NCBI GenBank assembly: GCA_046497275.1
Contig: JAWOFX010000096.1
Location: 23,202 to 55,201 of the forward strand
Direction of reading: 5' to 3'
DNA: 32,000 bases
From: Promethearchaeia archaeon
Lineage (GTDB): Archaea; Asgardarchaeota; Lokiarchaeia; Sigyniarchaeales; SOKP01
The notes below the pieces were generated by a model. It was not told where the DNA came from and made no database searches. It saw only the letters and a program-made list of their open reading frames with translations. This document shows, in pieces, positions 1 to 8,987 of this stretch (positions are counted from its first letter, which is position 1; each line of letters begins with the position of its first letter). Position numbers and translations under genes: made by a program.

Positions 1-825
1 TAGTGGTATGTTATAATTTTTAGCAATTTCACTAACTTTCTTTATATTCGCCATTGAAACAGGCTGTCCCGCAGCAGTGTTATTCGTTATAGTCAAATAA
101 ATTATAGGTATATGATCAGCTCCCTTTTTTTCAATAAATCTACTTAATCTTTTACAATCCATATTTCCTTTGAAATTGTTCCTTTTTCCAAGTTGATCTA
201 TTGGGAATTCGTCTAATAGATTGTTATCGAAGAAATTTATTGGCATCATTCCCGAAGATTTAACATTTGCTTCAGTAGTGTCAAAATGTCCATTATTAGG
301 AATATAAAATTGATCGAGTGATGAATCATTTTTAAGGACCTCTGAAAGAGTAGAAAATAATAAAAATTCCGCACATCGTCCTTGAGGTACAATAAAAGCA
401 TTTGGATATTTCAATTGAAATATTCCACCATTCGCAAATCCTCCTTCATAAGATTTGAGATATAATTCTTCCATTAACTTTTGAGAATCTCTTTCGCCAG
501 AAAGAATTAAATTTATTCTTTTCTTAAAATTATCTCCACGTTCAAAAATATCTCTAATTGCTTCAAGAAGAACATAATAACCTTTATTTCGTCCATATGA
601 CTCATCACCATGAAATAGTGCTGACCATTGAAGATCTGTCATAACACCAGATCCACTATCAGAGAGGAAATCAAGCACTAATAAATCCGCTGGAAAAGAA
701 AACATATTATATTCCGTTTTTTCTAACACTTCTTCTCTTTGTATCTTTGATACATCTTTGATATTTCTAACAACTAATGACTTTTTTGAAGGAATTGGGA
801 CTCCTAATTCATCCATAGATTTCAT
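1..825 (-). CDS. Tryptophanase / tyrosine phenol-lyase family PLP-dependent beta-eliminating lyase (5' part; runs off the window start)
   Basis: Not in the ORF track; translated by hand from ATG at 825: MKSMDELGVPIPSKKSLVVRNIK...DFLSDSGSGVMTDLQWSALFHGDESYG...PQGRCAEFLL...NGHFDTTEANV...TITNNTAAGQPVSMANIKKV. These match the TnaA/Tpl motifs DLLTDSGT, GDEAY, HQGRGAE, HFDTT and TNNxxGGQPVS. The frame is open to position 1. Confidence 0.92.
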   Translation of the reverse strand, partial: MKSMDELGVPIPSKKSLVVRNIKDVSKIQREEVLEKTEYNMFSFPADLLVLDFLSDSGSGVMTDLQWSALFHGDESYGRNKGYYVLLEAIRDIFERGDNFKKRINLILSGERDSQKLMEELYLKSYEGGFANGGIFQLKYPNAFIVPQGRCAEFLLFSTLSEVLKNDSSLDQFYIPNNGHFDTTEANVKSSGMMPINFFDNNLLDEFPIDQLGKRNNFKGNMDCKRLSRFIEKKGADHIPIIYLTITNNTAAGQPVSMANIKKVSEIAKNYNIPL

Positions 826-833
826 ATTGATAT

Positions 834-838
834 ACCTC
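834..838 (-). promoter_or_regulatory. Shine-Dalgarno-like GAGGT upstream of the tryptophanase-family gene
   Basis: GAGGT on the minus strand, 8 nt before the ATG at 825. Confidence 0.55.
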
Positions 839-1033
839 AAGATTTCATAAATAATTCCATTATTCGATTAAAATGATAATATCTTATAGTAAGATTCTAT
901 CTTGATTAAATTTTACACTTTGAGGGAAAGAAATCCCATTTTGTAAAATTATATCTAACATAATAGAGTTCTAAATTAAAGTTTCTATCTAAAAGGAACA
1001 TTATATAATAAGAAAAAAAATAGAAAGAAGCTA

Positions 1034-3163
1034 TTATTCTTTCTCTTCTAAAAGTTCATCTGCGGTACAAAAATTCGATCTCTTATCTGATTTTGGTTTA
1101 AACTTGACTGAAGACTTCCTATACACGTTTGAATTTAATTCATCAATAAAAGGAGATATTCTTGCTGTTAAATATCCCTTCCATGATTGAATTAAAGCAG
1201 GAGAGATTAAATAAAGCTGATCTTTAGCCCTTGTTATAGCTACGTAAAAAACTCTACGCTCTTCTTCAATTGCTTCCGTATTATCCTTAACCCTGCTTGA
1301 CGGAAAGAACCCATCGCATAACATAGGAATGAATACAACTCGCCATTCTAAACCTTTTGCTCTATGAATCGTTGAAAGAATGAGCGGTTGTTCACTTTCG
1401 TTCTCTGACCCAGCCAACACGGTTTTTGATTCAATATTATTTCTATTTAGACTGAGTGTCTCTAAAAATTTCTGAATAGTTGAATAATTCTGAGAATAAA
1501 TCGCTAATTCTTTTAGGTCCTCTAATCTCTCTTCCCAATTTTCATAAGTTGCTTTAATATAATCCTGAATTAAATCAATTATTTCCTTTAAAACCTCGGA
1601 TGGAGATTCATCAGAATTATAATATCGCAGATTTTTGATGTGGTTAACTAAATTCTGAGCACCTTTACCGGGAATTCTTGAACCTTTCATAATTTTAGTA
1701 AAAAAATTTTTTTCCATTAATCTTTCTAATGGATGATCTGATTGGGAAATTTCAGTAAAAATTTTAGAACCCGAAGTTTGGCCCAAATCTGGGATCATAT
1801 TAAAAATTCGAGACCAAGCGATTTCATCATAAGGATTTTCTATTATTCTAAGGTGAACTAAAGCATCTTTTATATGAGCTTTTTCAAAGAAAGCAACACC
1901 TGCTCTAACTTCGTAAGGAATATTTTTAACTTTTAATTCTTGCTCGATTTTTAGAGAATGTCTACTAGCTCGAATTAATATAGCCATCTGATTTAAATCA
2001 TATCCTTCAGATCTCAATCTTAATATTTGGTTGGCTATAAATTTTGCTTGTTCTTCTCCATCGGCAACGTTTACTAGAAAAGGTTTGACTCCCGCTTTCC
2101 TAGTGGGCCTCATTTTTTTTGAGTGTTGAAATTCATTATGAAGAATTGAGTCATTCGCGAGGTCTAATATTTCTGGAACACTGCGATAATTGTAGGTGAT
2201 CTTATATTTATTGCAATTGTTATAATTATTCTCAAAATCTAAAATATTTTTGAAATTTGCTCCACGAAATGCATAAATGCTTTGAGCATCATCCCCTACC
2301 ACCATAATATTTTTTTCAGGATTTAATGCTGCAATTTTTTGAATGATCTCATCTTGTATATAATTTGTATCTTGATATTCATCTACTAAAATATATTTAA
2401 TTTTTCTTGCAATCATTCGAGCGACTATTTTTTCATCCAATAACCGATTCCAATAGATTAATAGATCATCGAAATCTAATAATCCATCTTCTTCCTTTTT
2501 TTTGCTATATCTTTTATAGATCTCTTTTAATTTATCTTCGATTCTCTCATCGTCAAAATCACTATATTTCCATTTTAATACTTCACGTATAGATTTATTA
2601 CAATTGATCGAATATGAAAGAATATTTTTTGCCATTTTAGAAGTGGGAAATCGCTCTTCAATTTCAGAGGTTTTGGACTCGTCCATAGCTAATCTCATCA
2701 AAGCTCTCGCATCCGTTTCATCCATAATATTATAATTTGGTTTTAATCCTAATGTTTTAGAATAACGTCTTATAAAGCGGTTCGCCATAGAATGAAATGT
2801 ACCAGCCCAAATACCCTTTGGTCGTTTTCCTAATAAAATTTCCACTCGCTTTATCATTTCTTTAGCTGCTTTATTAGTAAAGGTCACCAGCATAATTTCA
2901 TTGGGTTTAACGCGTGAAAGGAGGAGTTTTGCCACTGCATACGTAATTGTTCGGGTTTTCCCCGACCCTGCCCCTGCTATAACCAACATTGGCCCTGAAA
3001 TATTATTAATTATTTCAAGTTGTTCATCATTCAGATTTTCTTCGAAATCTATCTTGTTATATTCCTCGGCAATTGAATCAATATCTTTATCTAAAGATCC
3101 TTCATAATCCTCATAAAACTCGAAAATAAATTCCTCTTCAGATTTTTTATTATCTTTATTCAT
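1034..3163 (-). CDS. uvrD: UvrD/PcrA/Rep superfamily 1 ATP-dependent DNA helicase
   Basis: Motif I AGAGSGKT, Ia VTFTNKAA, TFHS, motif II VDEYQDTN, III VGDDAQSIYAFRGA, IV NYRS, V STIHRAKGLEW, VI EERRVFYVAITRAK. Confidence 0.96.
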   Translation of the reverse strand: MNKDNKKSEEEFIFEFYEDYEGSLDKDIDSIAEEYNKIDFEENLNDEQLEIINNISGPMLVIAGAGSGKTRTITYAVAKLLLSRVKPNEIMLVTFTNKAAKEMIKRVEILLGKRPKGIWAGTFHSMANRFIRRYSKTLGLKPNYNIMDETDARALMRLAMDESKTSEIEERFPTSKMAKNILSYSINCNKSIREVLKWKYSDFDDERIEDKLKEIYKRYSKKKEEDGLLDFDDLLIYWNRLLDEKIVARMIARKIKYILVDEYQDTNYIQDEIIQKIAALNPEKNIMVVGDDAQSIYAFRGANFKNILDFENNYNNCNKYKITYNYRSVPEILDLANDSILHNEFQHSKKMRPTRKAGVKPFLVNVADGEEQAKFIANQILRLRSEGYDLNQMAILIRASRHSLKIEQELKVKNIPYEVRAGVAFFEKAHIKDALVHLRIIENPYDEIAWSRIFNMIPDLGQTSGSKIFTEISQSDHPLERLMEKNFFTKIMKGSRIPGKGAQNLVNHIKNLRYYNSDESPSEVLKEIIDLIQDYIKATYENWEERLEDLKELAIYSQNYSTIQKFLETLSLNRNNIESKTVLAGSENESEQPLILSTIHRAKGLEWRVVFIPMLCDGFFPSSRVKDNTEAIEEERRVFYVAITRAKDQLYLISPALIQSWKGYLTARISPFIDELNSNVYRKSSVKFKPKSDKRSNFCTADELLEEKE

Positions 3164-3482
3164 GATTATATTTCAATCGAATCGTATTCGTTATTTTAAA
3201 TGGTATAATTAAATACTTACAAATAGATATTAACAAATGCGATTATAAAATACTTCTTTTTACATGTTTAGATTAATATCAATTTTATATATTTTAAATA
3301 AAGATGTGGTTCTTATCCTTATTGAAATAAAAAATGAAAAAAACAATTTATTCTTAATTATAAAAGATAAGCGAGATCTTAGTCCTTATTTTCTCATTTT
3401 TTTTAAAATTCCATATTCAACAAAAAAGTTATTATTAAATATTAATTTTTTAATATATTCAAACGAGCTAAGCGTGAAAATT

Positions 3483-4283
3483 ATGAATTTAGGAAAAAAC
3501 ATAAGAATTGAAAGAATAATTGATAGAGAATCGAGAAGAACAATAATTATACCTATGGATCATGGAATGAGTGTCGGTACCATAAAAGGACTGGAGGATA
3601 TGGCTTCTGTGGTTGATAAAGTTGCTCTTGGGGGGGCGAATGCGGTTCTTGAACATTCAGGTATGGTAGGTGCCGGACATCGACAATATGGTAAAGATAT
3701 AGGCTTAATAATACATTTATCTGGAGCAACAAAATTAGCCCCTGATCCAAATAAAAAAGTGCTTGTTTGTAGTGTTGAAAGAGCGTTAAAAATGGGCGCA
3801 GATGCAGTTTCCATTCATATAAATATTGGTGCAGATGATGAACCTGAAATGCTTGAAGACGCTAAACAAGTTGTTGAATCGTGCAGAGAATGGGGAGTGC
3901 CATTATTAGCCATGATGTACCCTAGAGGACGAAAAATAGAAGATGAGAATGATCCAGAAGTTGTAAATATTGCTGTGCGTGTTGGCGCTGAAATAGGTGC
4001 AGATATTGTTAAAACAAATTATACTGGAGATATTGATTCTTTCAAATATATTGTCAAGGGCGTTCATATTCCAGTAATAATAGCAGGTGGACCTAAAATG
4101 GATACTACAGAAGAATTATTACAAATGGTTTATGATTCAATACAAGCAGGTGGTACTGGGGTAGCATTTGGCAGAAATGTATTTCAAGCAACAGATCCAA
4201 CCAACTTAGTAAGAGCCATTTCGGAAATCGTCCATAAAAACCACACAATAGAAGAAATTATGAAAAATCATACATTTGGTTAA
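3483..4283 (+). CDS. Class I DhnA-type aldolase (ADH synthase AroA'-like / archaeal fructose-bisphosphate aldolase)
   Basis: [31 protein letters not shown], Schiff-base Lys in [25 protein letters not shown]. Start moved to ATG 3483 ([12 protein letters not shown]), where family similarity begins; the upstream 73 codons in the ORF track are AT-rich intergenic-like sequence. Confidence 0.9.
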   Translation: MNLGKNIRIERIIDRESRRTIIIPMDHGMSVGTIKGLEDMASVVDKVALGGANAVLEHSGMVGAGHRQYGKDIGLIIHLSGATKLAPDPNKKVLVCSVERALKMGADAVSIHINIGADDEPEMLEDAKQVVESCREWGVPLLAMMYPRGRKIEDENDPEVVNIAVRVGAEIGADIVKTNYTGDIDSFKYIVKGVHIPVIIAGGPKMDTTEELLQMVYDSIQAGGTGVAFGRNVFQATDPTNLVRAISEIVHKNHTIEEIMKNHTFG

Positions 4284-4395
4284 GATCTATATTATTTTTT
4301 GCTAAATCAAGAAGATATGTTATTATAATAATTCCATAGATAAACTATACAAAAATTTAGGAAGATATATAACATAAAAAAAATCAATTAGACTA

Positions 4396-5700
4396 ATGGA
4401 AAAACATAAAATATTTCCTTTACTTTTAAATAAGCTTAACAATTTCGAAGAGATTAAAAATAAGTCAGCAAATAATATTGAAAATGACTTAGATCATAAT
4501 GGATTGAAAATAATTATTAGTTTTAAAACAATTGAAGAGAGAGAAAAATTTTTATCAGAAATGAAAAATTTCCAAATTTTAGATAAATTTGATCTGATTC
4601 CATCAATTTCCACTCAAACTTCTTTAAAAGAAATAAAACGGCTCTCTAAGAATGAATTAGTCTCCCAAATAGAAGAGGATCAAAAACTCTTTACGTCGAG
4701 TTATGAAATATTAGATTTTTTGAATCTAAATGAATATAAAAGATCTCAATTAAATTATACTGGAAAAGGTATCAATATTGGGATAATCGATACAATCATT
4801 CAAAGTTATTATCAAAGCTTTTATCGTACGGGTATTGATGGAAATTATATAGTTTTCGAGAAAAATGAAAAGAAAGAATTGAAAAAAAGAGAAAAAATCT
4901 CACACGGTACTTTAAGCGCAAATTTGATTATAAATCAACTTAAAGACAAGGAGGATTTTAGGTTAGGAATCGCTCCTGATGTTCATTTGTACGATCTAAG
5001 TCTCTATAAAAAAGAAAATTTTTATTTTTCTGATATTCTTCACCAACTTGACAAAATTAGAACCCAAAAATTCCCGATAGATATTCTTTTAATTAATTTT
5101 TCTACTTCTGAAGCATCTGATGGAAATGATATATTATCAAATGCTTGCAACGAATTAAGTAAAAAAGAAGAGATAATAATAGTTGTCCCTGCTGGAAATT
5201 CTGGATTAAAACTAAATACAATAGGTAGTCCTGGAGCATCTTCAGAAGTTATTACTGTTGGAAGTATAGATTATAGTGGTAAAATCTCTAATTTTTCAAG
5301 AAAAAATATATCTATTAATAATGGGGTTAAACCAGATATGTTTTTTCCAGGTTCAAAAATTCAAATTAAATTGGAAAAGAATTTCAATCTTGAAGTATCG
5401 GGAACTAGTTTTTCAGCAGCAATTGCTACAGGTTTTATAGCATTATTGAAAGAATATGATAATACTCTAACAAGTGAAGAAATAAAAAAGAAATTTAATC
5501 AATACTATAATATTTTTGGAAAAAATGTAAATGCAGTAAGATTTTTCAAATTAAATTCGCTTTTTTATCCCAATTTAGTTTCATATAGATATCTATTAAA
5601 AAGATCATTATGGGTTTCCCTTCAAATTCTAATAATCATAATTGTTTTATTTTTCTGGAAAGAGATATATCATTTAATTCGATTAATCTATGGATTTTAA
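4396..5700 (+). CDS. S8 (subtilisin-like) serine peptidase with C-terminal transmembrane anchor
   Basis: Catalytic triad motifs GIIDT (Asp), HGT (His), SGTSFSAA (Ser); oxyanion Asn in PAGNSG; KPD motif; N-terminal I9-like propeptide; hydrophobic C-terminal helix LWVSLQILIIIIVLFFW. Confidence 0.88.
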   Translation: MEKHKIFPLLLNKLNNFEEIKNKSANNIENDLDHNGLKIIISFKTIEEREKFLSEMKNFQILDKFDLIPSISTQTSLKEIKRLSKNELVSQIEEDQKLFTSSYEILDFLNLNEYKRSQLNYTGKGINIGIIDTIIQSYYQSFYRTGIDGNYIVFEKNEKKELKKREKISHGTLSANLIINQLKDKEDFRLGIAPDVHLYDLSLYKKENFYFSDILHQLDKIRTQKFPIDILLINFSTSEASDGNDILSNACNELSKKEEIIIVVPAGNSGLKLNTIGSPGASSEVITVGSIDYSGKISNFSRKNISINNGVKPDMFFPGSKIQIKLEKNFNLEVSGTSFSAAIATGFIALLKEYDNTLTSEEIKKKFNQYYNIFGKNVNAVRFFKLNSLFYPNLVSYRYLLKRSLWVSLQILIIIIVLFFWKEIYHLIRLIYGF

Positions 5701-5818
5701 ATTATATTCAATAAAAAATTTAAAATTCTAATAATTTTTTCTTTTTAAGCCTTTAATCTGAAATTTAATTATCGAGATATTAATTACTTAAAATATAATA
5801 TAATAATAAGGTAAGACT

Positions 5819-6571
5819 ATGGATAAAAATGAAACAGTTCACATAATTATTGATACTAGAGAGAATAAACTCATTAAAATTTTAGAAGAAAGTCATGAGT
5901 TTGTGGAATTAGAAATTAAACAGTTAGATATAGCAGATATCATTGTATCTAAAAATGTAGCTATTGAGAGAAAAGAGGGATCTGACTTTATTGCGTCTAT
6001 AATGGATAATCGACTGTTTGATCAGTTGATTAGATTAAAGGAAACTTATCCAAATCCCGTTCTTATTTTGGAAGGCTTAACTGATGAGATATTTGATAAT
6101 ACAGGTATGAATATCAAATCCATATATGGTGCTCTTGCATTTATATCTTATAAATTAGGAATTGCAGTAATTCCGACTCGAAATTTAGATGATACTGCGA
6201 TAGTTATTGAAAGAATTGCTTACCGGGAGCAAATAAAAGATGAAATGCCTATTTTAAGCCGTTCAGCTCCAAAAAATATGGGAACGTTCGAAAGAAGATG
6301 TTTTATCCTCGAAGGACTTTTAGATATTGGTCCTACAAAAGCAAAACAATTAATTGAACGTTTTGGAACGCCTTTTAGAGTTTTTGAAGCAATAAAGTTT
6401 ACAAAAATTCTTTATACAAGTACAGGAAATCCAAAAGGGATTCAAGGACCTCTTGATACATTAAAAGGATTTGGATGGAAATTTTTAAAGAAGAATAAAC
6501 ACCTAATTTTAGGTAAAGAAAAATCAGATGATAAAAAAATAGAGAAATCTGCGATCGATGATTATATTTAA
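5819..6571 (+). CDS. xpf: Short XPF/ERCC4-domain structure-specific endonuclease with HhH domain
   Basis: IIIDTRE, LDIADII, ERKEGSDFIASI (ERKxxxD), RLFDQL, LILEG; C-terminal HhH GLLDIGPTKAKQLIERFG; no helicase module. Confidence 0.9.
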   Translation: MDKNETVHIIIDTRENKLIKILEESHEFVELEIKQLDIADIIVSKNVAIERKEGSDFIASIMDNRLFDQLIRLKETYPNPVLILEGLTDEIFDNTGMNIKSIYGALAFISYKLGIAVIPTRNLDDTAIVIERIAYREQIKDEMPILSRSAPKNMGTFERRCFILEGLLDIGPTKAKQLIERFGTPFRVFEAIKFTKILYTSTGNPKGIQGPLDTLKGFGWKFLKKNKHLILGKEKSDDKKIEKSAIDDYI

Positions 6572-6784
6572 AAGAAGATAGATCTATTTATAATAACTAA
6601 ACGATAAAATTTGTTGATTGAAAAAAGCAAAAGAAAAAAATTATAAAAAGTTTTTATATCTTCTATATAAAATAATCTAAAATCCATAGAGTAATCATAT
6701 TAAATTATATATCTCCCAATTTTTGAAGTTATAAGTAAAATATTTACTCTTTTTCTTTAAATAGATATATTATATTTTGATAGT

Positions 6785-8836
6785 ATGAGTATTTTTAATT
6801 ATCTTAAAATAGATAAAATTTTTTACCCTGAATGTGGTTGCTCCTTTTCTTTGCGCGAACGACAAATAGAGATAGCAAACTTTTACTGTCCAGAATGTGG
6901 AAAAGATATTAATATTGAGGCTTATTTTAGAAAAAATGAAAGCGAGAATTCAATATTTAGCAATAAAAATTACTTATTGGATGATATTAACTATATATTT
7001 AATTTAAAAGAGAAGAAATTTACAGAAATAAAACATTCAAAAAAATTTTGTGCCAATGCGTCTAATAGAGATTCAAAGTTCTTTCCAAATATATCAGATA
7101 ATAAGAATTTGAATAAATTTGCTTTTAATGGTAAGGAGGATTATGCTAATTACCTAAATAATGAAATCATAAATCATCTTAATGAAAAATACAGTTTAGA
7201 TTCAAAATATGTCCCTACAATATGTGAACTCGTTAAGGAAGGCTATATTCAATTCATTAAGGCTTTTTATGAGAATGGGTTAAAATATTCAGAAATTATA
7301 AGTAAACTTAACCTTAGCCAAAAAAGAGTATATCGAAAGAAATCGATTAAAAATCTAGCTAATGAATTAATACATATAACCCAATGTTTGCGTGAGGTCT
7401 TGGATCTAAAGTTTCATCAAGCACCGAACCCAAATCAATTAATAAATTTAGGTTATAGAGGCTTTGTGGTTTTTTTGCAGAAATATAATTTTAATTATGT
7501 TGATATTGTGAATGAAGCGGGGTTAGAATATAGAAATTGGAAATCAGATTTACTCAATTTTGAAGACATGTTAGAATTAGCAAGCGAAAAAGAAATTATA
7601 TTTCCTTATACTCGTGAAACATTCGAAAAAATGATTAAAAATCGATCTACCTCTCCAAGTCATATTAAATTCAATTGGATTTGTCCGGATCATGGAGTTT
7701 GGAAAACAACTTACAATACTTTGATAAATACTAAATATGGATGCCCTGACTGTTATCGAGAATCATTGAGTCTAAAATATATGGATTGTGTTAAATTGGC
7801 TAAGTCTAAAGGAGCAATATTCGCGATGTCGAATGAAGAATTTGAAACCGCTAAATTTAAAGAAATTTTGGATTCTCAAAATGAAAAGAGAAAACCAAAA
7901 ACAACTTCTAAAATTCCTCTTGTATGGGAATGCAAACAACATGGAAAATGGGAAACAACCTATAATGTATTAAAAAATACTGCTATAGGATGCCCCATTT
8001 GTGCTTTGGAAATTTGGAAGGAAAAGATTTCTATTTCATATGAAGATTATTATAAATTAGGTTTAGTGAGAGATGATTTGAATTGTGTCATAGATGAAGA
8101 TCTGTTTCAAGAGAGGATTTCTTCGACGGATACTCCCCCTAGCTTGGTTCATTTACCATGGAAATGTACTGCTAATCATAATCATGGTATTTGGTTAGCT
8201 CCATATTCTAGAATTAAACGAGGACATGGATGTCCTTACTGTCAAGAGAGAATTAGAGTGATAGGAATTTTGACACACCCAATTTTAGAATATTATTCTA
8301 TTAAATTTTTAAGATTGAAAAATTGTAATGTTAATTACGAAAGAGAAGTAATGGTCAAAGATGGATACCATCCCGATTTATTTATTAGCAGAGACTTAAA
8401 ATTTATCAAAAAAATTGAAAAAAATCAGTATATTATACAATTCCCCGATCATATTAGCGAAATTTCGATTGATTTTACATTTTCTTTAGAGGATAAAATA
8501 ATCCTACAAAAATGTTTTAAGAATTATCAATCTAAGTTTAGATATCTTCTAATAATTCTGTTAAGAGAGAATGAATATGCTTCAAAAGATATTTTTCAAA
8601 ATATAATTGATGTTAATGAAGAAATATTCATGCCCAAACACATTAAAGTTATAAATCTTAAGGATTATAAGGAATTCTTAATGCCCAAATTATTATGTAC
8701 TCCCAGAGAGATAGAGGTACTTAGTAAATTATCAAAAGCTCAAAAGTTAGGGATAGAAGCGATTAATTCAGATAAAAAATTTACTGAACTAATAATGCAA
8801 AGCAAAAAACATACTAAATTACTTAAAAAATTATGA
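6785..8836 (+). CDS. Modular protein: N-terminal Zn ribbon, 2 helical repeats, 3 W-x-C..H..W..Y..G-C-P-x-C Zn modules, C-terminal PD-(D/E)xK-like domain
   Basis: Repeats read directly from the translation: NWICPDHGVWKTTY..GCPDC, VWECKQHGKWETTY..GCPIC, PWKCTANHNHGIWLAPY..GCPYC. C-terminal YEREV..YHPDLFI..EISIDFT resembles a restriction-endonuclease-fold core. The function call is inference. Confidence 0.6.
   Translation: MSIFNYLKIDKIFYPECGCSFSLRERQIEIANFYCPECGKDINIEAYFRKNESENSIFSNKNYLLDDINYIFNLKEKKFTEIKHSKKFCANASNRDSKFFPNISDNKNLNKFAFNGKEDYANYLNNEIINHLNEKYSLDSKYVPTICELVKEGYIQFIKAFYENGLKYSEIISKLNLSQKRVYRKKSIKNLANELIHITQCLREVLDLKFHQAPNPNQLINLGYRGFVVFLQKYNFNYVDIVNEAGLEYRNWKSDLLNFEDMLELASEKEIIFPYTRETFEKMIKNRSTSPSHIKFNWICPDHGVWKTTYNTLINTKYGCPDCYRESLSLKYMDCVKLAKSKGAIFAMSNEEFETAKFKEILDSQNEKRKPKTTSKIPLVWECKQHGKWETTYNVLKNTAIGCPICALEIWKEKISISYEDYYKLGLVRDDLNCVIDEDLFQERISSTDTPPSLVHLPWKCTANHNHGIWLAPYSRIKRGHGCPYCQERIRVIGILTHPILEYYSIKFLRLKNCNVNYEREVMVKDGYHPDLFISRDLKFIKKIEKNQYIIQFPDHISEISIDFTFSLEDKIILQKCFKNYQSKFRYLLIILLRENEYASKDIFQNIIDVNEEIFMPKHIKVINLKDYKEFLMPKLLCTPREIEVLSKLSKAQKLGIEAINSDKKFTELIMQSKKHTKLLKKL
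7553..8245 (+). repeat. Three tandem ~70-80 aa protein modules, each (L/I)x(F/Y)xD helix - F - W-x-C - HG-x-W - Y - GCPxC
   Basis: Residues ~257-324, ~330-407 and ~417-487 of the 683-aa ORF align by eye. Confidence 0.8.
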
Positions 8837-8987
8837 TATATAATTTCATTTTTAGCGAATCTGATTTGAATGATTTAGTATTTATTCCACTAAAAAAGTC
8901 TGATAAAAGAAAAAAAAAGAATAAATAATTTAGAGGTTATAGAAAAATCTTATAAGATACTTTTATATCGTCTGAGGGCATTCTGTA

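Noticed and set aside
3264-3482. 73-aa N-terminal extension of the aldolase in the ORF track
   Set aside because: AT-rich I/L/K/F/N-biased sequence typical of read-through intergenic DNA; family similarity starts at ATG 3483.
2407-3814. Short ORFs 2407-2592, 2901-3107, 3553-3750 and 3560-3814
   Set aside because: They lie antisense within well-supported genes (uvrD, aldolase) and have no recognisable motifs; shadow ORFs.
7788-7973. 61-aa same-strand alternative-frame ORF inside the Zn-repeat gene
   Set aside because: Fully nested with no motif; expected by chance.
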